A DNA stretch of 64,000 nucleotides, taken from NCBI GenBank assembly GCA_964016885.1, contig OZ024743.1, positions 47,058,001-47,122,000 of the forward strand, read 5' to 3'. Positions 49,941 through 63,803 of this stretch are shown here, in pieces. The first letter of the stretch is position 1. Each line of letters begins with the position of its first letter. Origin of the DNA: Eledone cirrhosa (taxonomy: Eukaryota). The position numbers and the translations under genes are program-made. Under the pieces are notes generated by a model that was given only the letters and a program-made list of their open reading frames with translations, made no database searches and was not told the origin of the DNA.

Positions 49941-50250
49941 GCTAAGTTTTCAGTGATTTAGCTAACTAGGCTAGTGGTTAGTTAATAAACATGAAAATGT
50001 TGCCTGTTTGCTACTTCACACATTTTAAAATCTCCTATTTAGTGTTTAAATTAAATGTCCCTAGCGAATAGAATAATTTTTATTTTCAGATATTTTCTAA
50101 GTACTTTCTCATTGTAAATTTGACTTGATCTCTTCATAATTCAAGTTTTTATGATCATCATACCCCCGGTCTATATTATTTCGAGTCTCGTTGACAATAT
50201 ATCTCCTTTAAAGAAGGTGAACACATCTCGTCTGATTCACCCCTAATATA

Positions 50251-50518
50251 CTCTCGGGCCTCCAATAACCCCCCACACACCGATTATTAATTTTTGCTCA
50301 ACTATCTCCGGCGAAATTTTATTTTAAGTGCATTCTTGCAACAATTCATTTTCTGTAGACGTTCAAAAAGTACATTACAAGAAATCCCATACGTTATAAT
50401 ATAAATAGGTTAGGGTCTCAATATGTAAATTAAACGACTAATACTGTTTTTTTTAAAAATCAACGAAGACAACCTAGAAAAATTGCAGACCCCCCCCCCA
50501 TTATTTGGGACCCGAGAG
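50251..50518. mobile_element. Tc1/mariner-type MITE in EMC2 intron 1
   Basis: TA|CTCTCGGG..CCCGAGAG|TA termini. Confidence 0.7.
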
Positions 50519-53289
50519 TACATACACACCCCACACATGAGTTGATGAGGGATCCTTAACCAAGCCCAGTCTTATCTCTAACATTGTCCATGATATCCAT
50601 CATTTTTATGTCACCTCAATTTAAACTAAATATTTTTATGTCACCTCAATTTAAACTAAATATTTTGTCTATTATTTAAGTATAAAATAGTATAACCGTT
50701 TGTTTATCTTCACCAAACCAATTGATTTATTCTAAACACCCTTGTTTTTTCTTTTGTAATTCGATCGGCAACACATCTAAATATTACTTAAAATATGAAC
50801 TTAAACTAGAGGTGGGGAATTTTTAAAAATCTAAACAGTCACTTTAGCATCCCCATCTTAATTAATAATAATTCAGACTATCGGAGCCGCATAATTTATT
50901 ATAATTAAGAATACATACAAGAAAACATAAATTTAGCTAACCCTTTTCTTACTCTGAGTGATTTTTGGATCAGAATCTTATATGAAATTGCTTTAATCCA
51001 GGATCATATAAATCGTGGCTTTTATTTTGATACAAGATAGCAAATTTAATTAAAAAAATAAAATTCAGAGCTCCTAATAGCCATTCAAGATAGACTAAAG
51101 AGCCCACATCATGCTGTTCCAGAACCACAAATTCTCACAGCTCTGCCATCACCAATACGATCATCTAATAGCCCATGTTTATTTTTTTTTGCCAAATTTA
51201 TTTTTATTCTGCTGATAACTACATGATACACATGTATCTTATTTGAAACCTGAAGAATTCATAATCTATTGGGGACTGATTGATAGACTTTATTATTATG
51301 CTATCATTAATTTAAACCCCACTAGCACCATTTCATCACTGCTGTATCATTAAGATAAATACCAATGAAGTACTAATTTAATTCAAATAATTATACCTCC
51401 TAACCTTTAAATCCATTGGTTGCCTTTAGCAGATCCACTCTGTTGCATACATTTGGACCAGGCTTCCTGTTTAAGGGCACCTTACTCCCACAGTCTCATG
51501 GTACTGCAAAAGGTCATGAGTGTTTCCCTTTTTTCCCTGACAAGCCATTAAAAAAATTGGTATCAATGCAAAGTCTAACCAGTAGAAATTATCAATATTT
51601 AACCATTGGAAAAAATCTGATACAGACAATGTTAGGTGTTTAAGAAGGTCACTTTGCAATCATGTGGTTAATTTCAGTACTTTTAGAAGCAGCAAATTGG
51701 CAGAATCACTAAGGCATCAGATAGAATGTTTTGTAGTATTCCAGATCCCTGCTCTCCAAGTTCAAATCCTTCCAAAGCCAGTTTTGTCTTTCATTCTTTC
51801 AGGTTTGATAAATAAAGTACCAGTCCTCCACCACCACCACTACTGCTACTCTCTCTCTCTCTCTCACTTATCACAACAAAGGATTACCCCCTCCCTTATT
51901 CAAGCTCACTAGAGCTGGTGCAACAATAAAATCCACTCATTGAATCTCTGGAAGTATTCATGTTGTGGAGAAATAATAACAAACATCTACAAATGTTCTC
52001 TGCATTTATATGCATGGTTACAGACAAATATCAGTTATGATTTATTTAAAATTTATCTATGAAGATGTTATTGGACTATCAACTTAAGCTTTTAGGCTCA
52101 AATCTGTTTCAGCCACTTCACTGTGTGTCTGATAGAGCACTTAATTCTGTGTACCTCAGTCTAAGCTGTCAAAACTAGGTACCACAACTTCTAGGAAAGT
52201 TAAACTGCACACTATCTTGGGAGATATCTTTAAGAGACTTAATTTCATGGAACTGGAGTTTATTACTAGCTTTATTTATTAGTATTTAGAGACTAGGAAA
52301 TAATTTATCTTTTATGGTTTTTGCTGTTTAGCCACAGATCAAGACTTGAATTTGAAGGAGATTGTCCTAATATTTCTGACAGGTTATGTGACCATATAGA
52401 AGTCCCCTTCTTGATCTAATAGAATCCACCTCTGTGGCTCAATAGAATCTCCCCTATGGCTCAGTAAAAGTATCTCTTATGGTTTTATTAGCATTTCCCA
52501 TTATGGCTGAGTAGAATCTACCCCTATGGCTCAGCAGAAGCTACTTTTATGGCTTGATAGAAGCTTCCTTGTTTGATGTTAGTATGAAGCTGATTTATCT
52601 ATTCTGAAATTAATTTCAGATCTACTAGCTTCTCTTAATTGCTACCACACTGATTACAATATCAGAACATATATGATCTGATACTGGTATCAGTCATTAG
52701 ACTGTGACCATGCTGAGGCACTTTCTTAAAGAGATTTCAATCAATCATATCAAACCTAGTATTTATTTTTCAAGCCTTGTACTTATTTATCCATTTCTTT
52801 TTGTCAAACCCATAAGTTATGAGACATAGATGGGCCGCTGCAATTTCTATCAACCAAATTTTACTCTCAAGACTATATAGTAGAAGACACCTAAAGTCCT
52901 TACAACATACATGACTGAATCCAGAACGAAGTGGTTTCAAAGTGAACTCCTTAACCACACTTCCATACCTGCACCTAGTTGTATAATTTTTGTTATTCAA
53001 TGATTTTATTTAATGTTCTTTTTTAATTCTTCTTTTAAACCATAAATACTGTTTTGTATTATTTATGTCAGTTTTAAGATGCTAGATTGGTAGAACCATT
53101 AGTGTATTGGAGGAAATGCAAAGCAATATTTTATTATGGCCCCTACATTCTGGTTTCAAATTCTTCTGAGGTCAACTTTGCTTTTCATCATTCCAAATCG
53201 TTGACTCATCCTTAAATTAGTAACCATTATTTTAAAAATGTTATAAACTATGTATGTTAAAATGTTTTTTTGTGTTTTAAATCTTGCAG

Positions 53290-53403
53290 ATGCTCGTTGC
53301 TATCTTCGTAAATTGCGAGAGGATCAAATCCGAGATGCTGCCATGGTTGTACAGATATGGGAAGATGTACTCATGAATTATGCTTACAACCTAGGAGATG
53401 AAT
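53290..53403 (+). CDS. EMC2: EMC2 coding exon 2
   Basis: ttgcag acceptor, gtaag donor. (D)ARCYLRKLREDQIRDAAMVVQIWEDVLMNYAYNLGDE resembles EMC2 [33 protein letters not shown]. Confidence 0.92.
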
Positions 53404-53829
53404 GTAAGAAACCATAATACATAATTATAGGCTACCTCCTCTCATTTTATTCTCTGAAAAACCTTAACTCTTCACATCTTGTAATGAATTAACAGAAAAT
53501 ATCTAAAAGTGTGTTTATTTTAAATGTTTGTAGTATCTTTACTACTGGACAGATCATTATCAAAATTTGCTGTATTAAAGTAAAGACTTTATTTATTAAT
53601 GTGATGCTGTCATAGTGCTGTTTTATATTTTTTGAGAATGTCTTACCAATGTAGTTTCATGCAGTTACATGACATTAAGAGTTATGATTGCTAAAATTTA
53701 ATGAGTGGTAGAGGTTGATACAGTCCCTTCAAAATAGCCATTTTAACCCATTTATGATCATATTTCTAATGAAATATACTTTATTTCATTACTAAGATAG
53801 TAACTAGCTCATTGCTGAAAGCTATGCAG

Positions 53830-55572
53830 GCATTTTCACTATTGAAGACCAGAGTGTACCGTCTCCACCACCTATAACACTGGATTCTATTAGACCTATG
53901 GAATTTACATCTGCAATGCTGCGACGTCACCTTAAAAATAAACACAACCATGCCTCTCCTGGTCTTGATGGTGTTACGTACCTGCTTCTGATATGTGGTG
54001 GGTACTTCCTTCTGCACCAGCTATCACGCTTCTTCCAATTCTGTCTGAACAACGGTGCTACTCCAGAACAGTGGAAAACTGCTAGTGTCATTCCTCTGTT
54101 CAAAAAGGGTGACCGCATATCACCTGTCAACTATCGTCCAGTCAGTCTTACTAGCTGCATTGCCAAACTGATGGAATCCTGTGTCAGAGAAACACTTTGA
54201 AACTTCTGGAACTCTCACAGTCTTATCCGACCCTCGCAATTTGGATTTATCCCTAACTCCAGCTGCTGTGATCAACTTATCGAGTTTCTTGAAGACATCA
54301 CCCGGATCACTGATGGCGGCTCATGGGTGGATGTTGTTTACCTTGACTTTGCTAAAGCTTTCAATTCTGTGCCACATAAAAGGCTTATGGCAAAACTCTC
54401 TGAAATGGGTGTGAAGGATGATCTTTTTAACTGGTTGAAGTCCTTCATTCTCAGTCAAAGAGAAGTAGTGACGGTTCCAGGACAGCATTCCTCACCATAT
54501 GCGATGTCATCTGGTGTACCACAGGATCTGTTCTAGGCCCCCTTTTGTTTGTGGCACATATTAATGACATAGATGCCAACTTAAAGAATGCCACAGTACT
54601 GAAATATGCAGATGACATCAAGCTGTACCTTGAGATAAAAAGGACAGATCCTGAACACTATAGATCTTTCCTGCAATCTGACCTGGACACAATGCAACAA
54701 TGGATCACAGACTGGCAACTCAAGCTAGCTGTGGACAAGTGCACCACCATGCATTTTGGGAGTAAAAACCCAGCGTCCACATACTCCCTCCACAATACTA
54801 ATATCAAGAAGTCTTCTTGTGAACGTGACCTGGGCATTACGGTCAGCAGCGAATTGCGTTGGACGAAGTACGTCTCTAAAATTGTCAAGAAGGCCGAGGG
54901 TGTCTTAGCATCACTCAGCAAGACCTTTGTCAGCCGCTCTCCAGCTATCTATTTAAAGCTGTACATAGCTATGGTGCGGCCACACTTGGAATTCGCATCA
55001 CCGGTCTGGAACCCCTATCTTGCTCAGAACATTGACCGCCTGGAAACTGTTCAGAGACGTGCAACCAAGCGAATACCCTGCCATAATCTGAACTCCTTGC
55101 TTCCCTGGGCATGGATACATTGAATCTCCGACGTCTGGCAACTGACTTGGTAAACACCCACAAAATTATTAACCATCTTGCCAACAACAACCCTGAGTAC
55201 CTTTTTGATTTCCATGTGTCTAACACACGTGGGCATGCCCACAAAGTCAGAAAACAGCACAGTTCCCATGACTTTCGGAAACATTTGTTAGCTGCCGAGA
55301 CACTGCATCCTTTAAAACGTCCATGGAACAAACTACCTGCATCAGTTGTTAGCTGCCGAGACACTGCATCCTTTAAAACCTCCATGCTTCCTGAGATTTG
55401 CCAACGCTACACCTAATATTCCCCCTCCATACACATACACACATGTATATCATGACTCATACACTAATCACTTCCCTGACATTTGTATATTATTCTATGT
55501 ACTATACATGCACCTTTGACGAGTTGTAGTGCGCCTGAGCACTTTACACAATAATTTCAGTATTATTATTAT
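53830..55572 (+). mobile_element. 5'-truncated CR1-type LINE in EMC2 intron 2
   Basis: SPGLDG, PLFKKGDR..NYRPVSLTS, YLDFAKAF, YADD and TRGH motifs; stops and frameshifts; (ATT)n tail. Confidence 0.94.
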
Positions 55573-55807
55573 CATTAACATATGAATCTTGTATAAAATT
55601 ATATAGGAAGATTTTAATTTAAATAGAAACCTTTTAAAAGATGTGTTTGTTTTATAGAACCAGAGCTGGGTTGATAGAAAAAATGCTAAACTATAATTAT
55701 TATAATCTAATTATTAATTGTAGAAGTTTAGACAGAATCTCTTCAATATAATCCCTCTAAGTACAGTACACATTCTACACTACATGTCTAATTCAATAAC
55801 ATAGCTA

Positions 55808-56120
55808 ACATACTCAACACACTACAACTAACATACTCAACACACTACAACTTACATACTCAACACACTACAACTTACATACTCAACACACTACAACTTA
55901 CATACTCAACACACTACAACTTACATACTCAACACACTACAACTTACATACTCAACACACTACAACTTACATACTCAACACACTACAACTTAAATACTCA
56001 ACACACTACAACTTACATACTCAACACACTACAACTAACATACTCAAGACACTACAACTTACATACTCAACACACTACAACTTACATACTCAACACACTA
56101 CAACTAACATACTCAAGACA
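55808..56120. repeat. 23-bp minisatellite, ~14 copies
   Basis: acatactcaacacactacaactt repeated. Confidence 0.95.
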
Positions 56121-57363
56121 TGTTAATATAACTTACATCAGTTCCTTGTTTTCTCACCTCCTCCACCTTTTTATCTATCTGTAGCTGACCCTTCCACATA
56201 TCAACAAAACAGACAATCCTATATACAGATGTGTATACATCGACTGTCTTATATGTAGATGACATCACACCCACATCCTACCACCATCCTCCAAACACTG
56301 CAGCACAACCGCTCTAACTATACTTAAATCACGTAGAACCCTATCTCCATAACAGACTTAAAGTAGTATCTACCCAATCCACTGTCTTCCTTTTAACCTG
56401 TAACTTCAGAGAACATCAAATACATCCAGCAATTCACATTCAACAAGATAAACATAGCAGACACACATGACAAAATTGAAAGAATTGTATGTAACACCTC
56501 ACAACATTCTCAACACCCAAGTAAAGAATGCAAAGTGACAAACATATGTAAGGCAATCACAGCTATCACAACAGAAACAAACATCATCATCATTGATTTA
56601 ACATCCACCTTTCCTGCTAGTGAGGGTTGGACAGGACTACATAGACCAAGTCAGTACTGAAGCAGGGCTACTGTCCTCCCAGACAGGCTAGGGGTCTCTT
56701 ATCTTCCTTATGTACAGTTTCATATTCTACAGAGTGCGTAAAATATGTCCTGTCTTTAAAACAACTGAGGGTCCTCCCAACTCTTTGCCTGGCAAGCTTT
56801 CTATGGCTAGATGCCCATCCTCTCACCAACCACTTTACAGCATGTACTGGGTGTGTTTATCGTGTAGATCACCAACATTAAGGAGGCTGTCATGTCCTTG
56901 ACTTGACTGAGGGGTCCTCTTAGCCCTTTGTCTGGCAAGCTTTCTATGGCTGGATGCTCTTCCTATCATCAACCACTTTACATTGGTACATTTATCATAT
57001 AGATCATCATTAGAGAGGTAGCTGTACCATGACATAACTGAAGGATCCTTTTGACCCTTTGTACCAACACTGTATCAGATATATCATGGACTATGCCGCT
57101 TCTGCCTGGGCCCGCAATCTCTCCATAACCAGCAAGTTTGTTTATTTTAAAGTGTTTATCATCAACATCATCATCATTTTGTGCTGGCATGGGTTATGAG
57201 ACTAGACTGGTCAGACACTTCATTTTGGAATGGTTTCTACAGCTGTTTAATATTTCCCTAAAAACCTTCCATCATAATTTTAAGTAAGAACATTGTTGTG
57301 CTCCAAAGGTTAGCTTAAAAATGAGAAAGTTAGTTATGTTACTAAATCCCTTTAAATTCTTAA

Positions 57364-57585
57364 CACTTTAGCATTTAAACCGGCCATTTCCAGCCAAAAT
57401 TCTCTCACCTCTTTCTGTTCAATCTGGTCATAACTGGTTGCCCATACTGATGTTAAGGTATTGTTCTCAAAATAAATAAGATCAAAATCTTGTAGATTTG
57501 ATATTATGCAAGATAATTATTTAAGATAAAGCCTTTTCTGTGAAAATAAAATAGTAAATATAGAGTAATGTTAATGCTACACGTT
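57364..57585 (-). mobile_element. piggyBac-type MITE copy
   Basis: Reverse complement of 44310-44528 with decayed TIRs. Confidence 0.75.
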
Positions 57586-57736
57586 TTAATTAATTTCAAA
57601 ATCATAATCAGTCTTTTAGAAATATGGTAATGAAAGTGTTGACATCTCCACTCTAAAATTGATTTAATGATATAATGATGTCAGTACAGTTACTTTTGTT
57701 TCCAGTTTTCATTGTGATTTTTTGTTTGTGTTTTAG

Positions 57737-57801
57737 TGTGGTTAATATATGAACAGGTGTGTATAGCAGCTTTAGATTGCCAGAGACCTGATCTTGTTAT
57801 G
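57737..57801 (+). CDS. EMC2: EMC2 coding exon 3
   Basis: ttttag acceptor, gtaagt donor. (L)WLIYEQVCIAALDCQRPDLVM carries the EMC2 signature WIIYEQVMIAALD. Confidence 0.95.
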
Positions 57802-57889
57802 GTAAGTTAAACTTGTTTTAATCATAAAAAAAAAACCTTGGTGATTATTTTTCACCATCATTCCTTCCACACCTATATATATATATTAT

Positions 57890-58076
57890 AATGTTTCTAC
57901 TTTTGGCACAAGGCCAGCCATTACCCCAGTGCATTGCTGGTGCTTTATTTTATCGACTCCGTAAGGATGAAAGGCAAAGCTAACCTTGGCGGGATTTGAA
58001 CTCGGAACATAAAGGGTCATAACTCTATGTTGCAAAGCATGGTATCTGACGCTCTACCGATACTACCAAACCACCA
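57890..58076 (-). mobile_element. SINE family A copy
   Basis: Matches 3050-3233. Confidence 0.8.
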
Positions 58077-58088
58077 CTCTTCTTATAA

Positions 58089-58906
58089 TCTATATACATA
58101 AATGGCAATTTCTGTCTGTTTGTTTGTTTGTTTGTTTGTGAACCTAAAACTCAAAAACTACCAAACCGATCTTGATGAAACCTGACACGTGTGTGGGGCT
58201 CATGTCCATTTGATTTCTTACGTATATTTCATTTTAATCAAAGAGTTCCTGGGGTCTCAAACCATCGCTGAAAACCCCTGCTGAAAATGTTTTCCCTTCA
58301 ATTTATATGAAATTTAAACCATAGGTAAATGACAAGATATGATGCCTATTCACAAAATTTCAGCAAATTTCAGTAATATTAAGACACCCTAATCGGGGTT
58401 TAAACCCCCTATAGTGAACATTTTGGCCAATAAATGGAACAAGATTTCATGAACTCCTCCTATGGTTTTGGAGATAACCATATATATTCTGAAACTACAT
58501 TGCCCAGGGTACTTCGATAAGTATATTTCATTTTAATCAAAGGGTTCCCCGGGGGCACAAAACCCCCGCTGAAAATTTTTTCTCTTAGATTTATATGAAA
58601 TTTAAACCATAGGTAAATAACAAGATATGATACCCATTCACAAAATTTCAGCAGATTTCAATAATATTAAGACACCCTAATGGGGTTCTATTTTATTCCT
58701 TATAGCAACGCTCAACTTCTCTGACAAACATTTTTTCGCCTGACCAATGCAATCAACAATATTTGTTTGTATTATTGTTTCATAAATGAATTTGTCTTCG
58801 CTTTTCATTATCTGTCCTATATTTTGATTTCATTTTTGTCTGAGAGGCATTGGGCATTTTAATGGGAACTGGGAATACACCCGCTCCCGGGTATTACCTC
58901 AGCTAG
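58089..58906 (+). mobile_element. complete non-autonomous Helitron in EMC2 intron 3
   Basis: A|TCTATATA 5' end, (GTTT)n, satellite units shared with 17097-18077, 3' hairpin-like acccgctcccgggt, then CTAG|T. No TSD. Confidence 0.85.
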
Positions 58907-59174
58907 TATATATATATAATAATAGATGTCAATTTCTGTGCATGTGTCCTCATGGCTTTCTGTCTTCTGCAAATATAAATATTGTACTTAAGTATTAAAG
59001 TAAATAAACCGCAAAATCAATTATGTCATTGTGAGTTTGTATCGTTCTCTTGCTACAAAAGAAAGAAATTTTCCCTTTTTATTATAAGCTATTCACTATG
59101 CTACATGTTCTCACAATAGAAGCTATGAAATCTTGAGAATTTATAAAGAAAGAATTGTTTTATTTGAAAATCAT

Positions 59175-59378
59175 CTGCATCCTTTAAAACCTCCATGCTT
59201 CCCGAGATTCGCCAACACTACACCTAATATTCCCCCTCCATGCGCATGCACACATGTATATCATGACTCATACACTATTCACTTCCCTGACATTTGTATA
59301 TTATTCTATGTACTATACATACACCTTTGACGAGTTGTAGTCACCTGAGCACTTTACACACTAATTTCATTATTATTA
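59175..59378 (+). mobile_element. CR1-type LINE 3' UTR fragment
   Basis: Matches 55365-55570. Confidence 0.85.
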
Positions 59379-59854
59379 TATATATCTTGGCATATTACTG
59401 GTTTATATTCCATCTTTGCTTAAGTACGACTCACCATTTTGTAGAGAATAATCATTGTTATATTAAACTGAATAAATCACAAAGTGAAATATGTTAAAAA
59501 TATAGTTTTCCTTTTTCATACATTTGTATACATTGATAGATACATTATGAAACACAAGCTTACACACACATACACTAGCAAAAAACTGACAGGGGCAATA
59601 TCCAGTAAATGATTTATTGGTATAAATATTGTAGATATGACAAAGAAAATTATATAAGACTCATTAGAGTTTATGAATGAATTTATAGACTCTGCTATGG
59701 CTTGGCTCACATCTGGACAACTCATCTAATCCGTGCTAGGACAGAAAAATTGAGGTTAAACTGATGATGTTCTCATCATCACCATCATCTATGGTGTGAT
59801 ATATAATTTTCTTTGAATATATGTGTATGTATGTATGGCTAGACTGAACTATGT

Positions 59855-60197
59855 ATCATCATCATCATTTCATTTTTACGTCCGCTTTTTCCCTGCTTGC
59901 ACGGGTGAGACGAGAACTGATTCTGGCTTGATTTCTACAGCTGGATGCCCTTCCTAACACCAACCTCATTTACAGTGAGTGCTGGGTGCTTTTTTGCCAT
60001 GGCACCTCCACGACCACTTTGCAGTGGAATGATATGGACCCCAGTCCCTATCATCTCATTTCTACAGCTGAGTAAACTGGAGCAGTGTGAAATAAAGTGT
60101 CTTGCTCAAGGAAACAACACATCACCCGGTCTGAGAATTGAACTCACAACCTTTCGATTGCAAGGCCAATGTTCTAACCACTAAGCCATGTGCCTCC
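59855..60197 (-). mobile_element. SINE family B, full-length
   Basis: Matches 35028-35360. Confidence 0.88.
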
Positions 60198-60290
60198 GTA
60201 TATGTATGTATATATCTATAAGTGTCTGAAGTATCAAATTTATGTAACAAAGCATTACCTTTCCTTCATATATATCATTTTTTTTCTCAG

Positions 60291-60376
60291 GTGTGTATAG
60301 GTGAACTTGAAAATAAATTTCCTAAAAGTCTACGAGTAACTCGTTTGAAAGGCATGTTATATGAAGCAGAAGATAG
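60291..60376 (+). CDS. EMC2: EMC2 coding exon 4
   Basis: ttctcag acceptor, gtatgt donor. VCIGELENKFPKSLRVTRLKGMLYEAED(R) matches [28 protein letters not shown]. Confidence 0.95.
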
Positions 60377-61177
60377 GTATGTATTTTTTTTTTTTTTATT
60401 AGAGTGCATTTTATTTGTAACTAACCTACTAATGTTGTCATAGCAACAAAGGCACATCTCCATTGTGATATGGCTGTCTGGTTAAGAAGTTTGCTTCACA
60501 TTTACATGGTTTCACTTATAATCCTATTGCAAAATATCTTGGGTTGATCCAAGCCTTGAGTGAAATTTGATAGCAAGAAACTATGAAGATGCCTGGATGA
60601 CTTGAACTTAGTGTTAGATTGTAGAACTAATCCATTGTCTGGTTTAATATCTTTATCTGACTCCTTCAGTATCTTTAGCAGAGTCTAGTCGTTTGCAAAC
60701 ATTCAGACAAGGTTTCTTAGCATGGGGATAACATAACTGAAGCACTGCTTCCTACAGCAGTAACTCCATTTCTTCCTCCAGTCTCTCACAGGTCCTACAA
60801 GAGGTCATATGTACTGCCCTTCACCCTCTCAATCAGCCATAATGAAACAAAAATAAACTAGTTGCGATAGTATCAATATATCTATAGCCATGATCTTAGC
60901 AGTATATTGGTGTGAGGATAACCAAAGCCTTTGAAAGCTCTGCCTAATCAACAAACTCAGAGAGGCCTGCAGACTACAGGTTGGAAACAGCTGGTATAAT
61001 TGGTTACATCAAGTTTTCAACATATTTTATTGACCTTAGAAGGATGAATGGTAAAGTGTAGCTGCTCAAAAGAGATATAATCTGTAACCATTAGATGCGT
61101 TGCTCAACACTCTACTGATTTTGCCATTCTTGTATCAGAAGTTATTTTTCTAACCAGTTTTTCTTCTTTCATTCCAG

Positions 61178-61235
61178 ATATGAGAAAGCTCAACAGCTCT
61201 ATGAACACATTTTAGCTGAAGATGAAACCAATATG
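61178..61235 (+). CDS. EMC2: EMC2 coding exon 5
   Basis: ttccag acceptor, gtaagt donor; YEKAQQLYEHILAEDETNM. Confidence 0.95.
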
Positions 61236-61684
61236 GTAAGTCACTTTCACATATTTTTTTCTTAACTGTTTTATCATCATCATCATTTTATATCCATGTT
61301 GCATGGAATGGTTTCAGCAGTCTTATGACAACCTTAACATTATAAAGAAACAGCTTTTGTTTAGGTTACTCATGCATAAACATTTTCAGTTGACTTTGTA
61401 TAATGGTATTGCTAGTGCCACAATCAATTGCACCAGTCCACTCTATAAAGTGGTAATATTCATGTCATGATAAAATGCACCCAATACATGCTGTAGTGCT
61501 GGTGCCACAATAAAATGTACCCAGCACATGCTGTAATGTGGTAGTGCTGGTGCTGTAATAAATCAATTAATCAGTGTTTCTAATAGAAATTAAATTTAAT
61601 GTGAGACGAGATTAGCTAATAAGCTTGTTAATCACTTGATTAAGGGGAACTGGGGCGGTGGTGGACCATTATTTTAAATAGGGT

Positions 61685-61870
61685 GATGGATTGGCAGTAT
61701 CGGTAGAGGCTCGGACGCCATGCTTTGCAACAAAGAGTTACGGCCCTTTATGGTCTGAGTTCAAATCCCACCGAGGTTAACTTTGCCTTTCATCCTTACG
61801 GGTCGATAAAAGAAAGTACCAGTAATACACTGGGATAATTGCTGGCTTTGTGCCAAAAGTAGAAACAATT
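61685..61870 (+). mobile_element. SINE family A copy
   Basis: A/B boxes and core on the + strand. Confidence 0.82.
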
Positions 61871-62052
61871 ATTTTAAATTGTGGTGGTGCTACTACTTCA
61901 CATTAAATGGTCATGATAGTGCTGCAGCTGCTTAATTTTAAATGGTGGTGGTAGGCTCATATTTAAATTTTTAAATTAATTTCCATATTTCTGTTTACAT
62001 GTATTTTCAATTTTCTACTTTTAAAGGAAGCTAAAATTATTTCTTCTTTCAG

Positions 62053-62138
62053 TTTGCACGAAAAAGGCAGGTTGCAATTCTGAAAGCCCAAGGCAAGACT
62101 ACTGAGGCAATCAACAAGCTAAATGATTATTTAAAAGA
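62053..62138 (+). CDS. EMC2: EMC2 coding exon 6 (gene continues beyond window)
   Basis: ctttcag acceptor, gtatgt donor. [28 protein letters not shown] matches [26 protein letters not shown]. Confidence 0.95.
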
Positions 62139-62329
62139 GTATGTTTTAATTTTTTTATATGTAACAATAACCTAAAAAGTCATATCTATAACAAAACATA
62201 TTGTTTAATGTTTACTGTTATTTTTGCCTGTTGTGTATATATTTGTATATGTGAGTCTTGGGATCAATTGGCAGTAACCACTGTTAGTAAGGTACTCAAT
62301 ACATTAGTAGAGTGTAAACATCAAGTTTA

Positions 62330-62410
62330 ATATAGAAATGGCTTCTACAGGACTAGAACTATTTCAATCAAAAGAAATCATCAGGCTTTCCTGATAGTCA
62401 TGTAGAAGCC

Positions 62411-62420
<10 letters not shown>
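62330..62420 (-). ncRNA. second copy of the 15300 hammerhead-like motif, inside a short fold-back
   Basis: Minus strand: CTGATGA-tttcttttgatt-GAAA-tag..ctg-TA-gaagcc. Bounded by the inverted repeat atatagaaatggcttctaca. Confidence 0.45.
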
Positions 62421-62457
<37 letters not shown>

Positions 62458-63386
62458 GTGTGTGTTTATGTCTGTGTCTATGTCCTGTAACTAGCACTTC
62501 AGTAAAAAGTGATTGATAAAATAAGTACTTGGGTTGGAAAAATGTACTTGGATTGATATAATCAAGATTAAGGTGTTGCTTTAGCATGGTTGCAGTCTAA
62601 TGACTGAAACCCATAAATAAATAAAAGAATGAACAAAACCTAATTAATAGGTGCAGACCTGGCTGTGTGGTTAAGAAGCTTGATTTGCAAACATGCAGTT
62701 TTGTGTTCAGTACTGCAAAAATTGATAAAATGAATACCTGTAATACACTAGAATTGATGCAGTTGTATAGAAGCCAGTTTTATCTTAATGGATGTGTTCA
62801 TGTTGAAGAAAGATGACTGTGTTGTTAAGAATGTAGGTTTGTTAATCACTTGGTTCTGGGTTTGATCCAACTCCAAGACTCATTGGGCAAGTGTGTTCTA
62901 TGATAATTTCAAGTGAAATTCAATAGATGGAAATTGTGTGAAATCCCATTCGAGGTTTATATATATATCTCATCACTGTTTTGTATTTATTCTCCATGCT
63001 TGCATAGGTTAAACAGTTGTCATTCTCTGAGGCGAGACAGGTCAGGTGATTGCATCTCACTTATATGTACTATTTAGGCAAGGTTTCTATGGCTGAATAC
63101 TCTTGCTAATGCCAACCACTTCACAGCATGTCCTGAGCTCATTTCATCATGGCACCAGCACTATCTATATATTATTTATATGTTTGTTTTGAGTTCAAAT
63201 CCCACCCAGATCAACATTACCTTTTTCTTCTTCCAAGGCTAATAAAACAGTACTAGACTAAGTACTGGAGTTGATGAACCATAGGCAAAGAAGAAGAAAA
63301 AAATCAAAAGTGTGCCAGTATAAAAAGTAGTTGCCGATCTCTGACTAAACTCTCTTTCTCTCTCTCACTATATATATATATATAAA

Positions 63387-63425
<39 letters not shown>

Positions 63426-63426
63426 T

Positions 63427-63481
<55 letters not shown>

Positions 63482-63767
63482 GTGTGTGTGTCAAGCAATG
63501 CATATGATGGAAACATTTTATTTAAAATTTCTCTTCACATGAAAGTAAGTTTCAATTAATCAACATCTAAGATTCTTTTTTATACTGGAGAAATCATAGT
63601 GTTGTATCTGAATTAAAGTTCATAGCCAAAGTGGTAGATCAACAGATACCTGTCGCACAGCAGTAATAATCAACAACTATATGTTCCCACCAGTTTAGGC
63701 TTCATTCAGGTTTTAATGGTTCATTCTAGAAGTTTAATATCTTTCAAATATTAGATTAAATTTTTTA

Positions 63768-63803
<36 letters not shown>

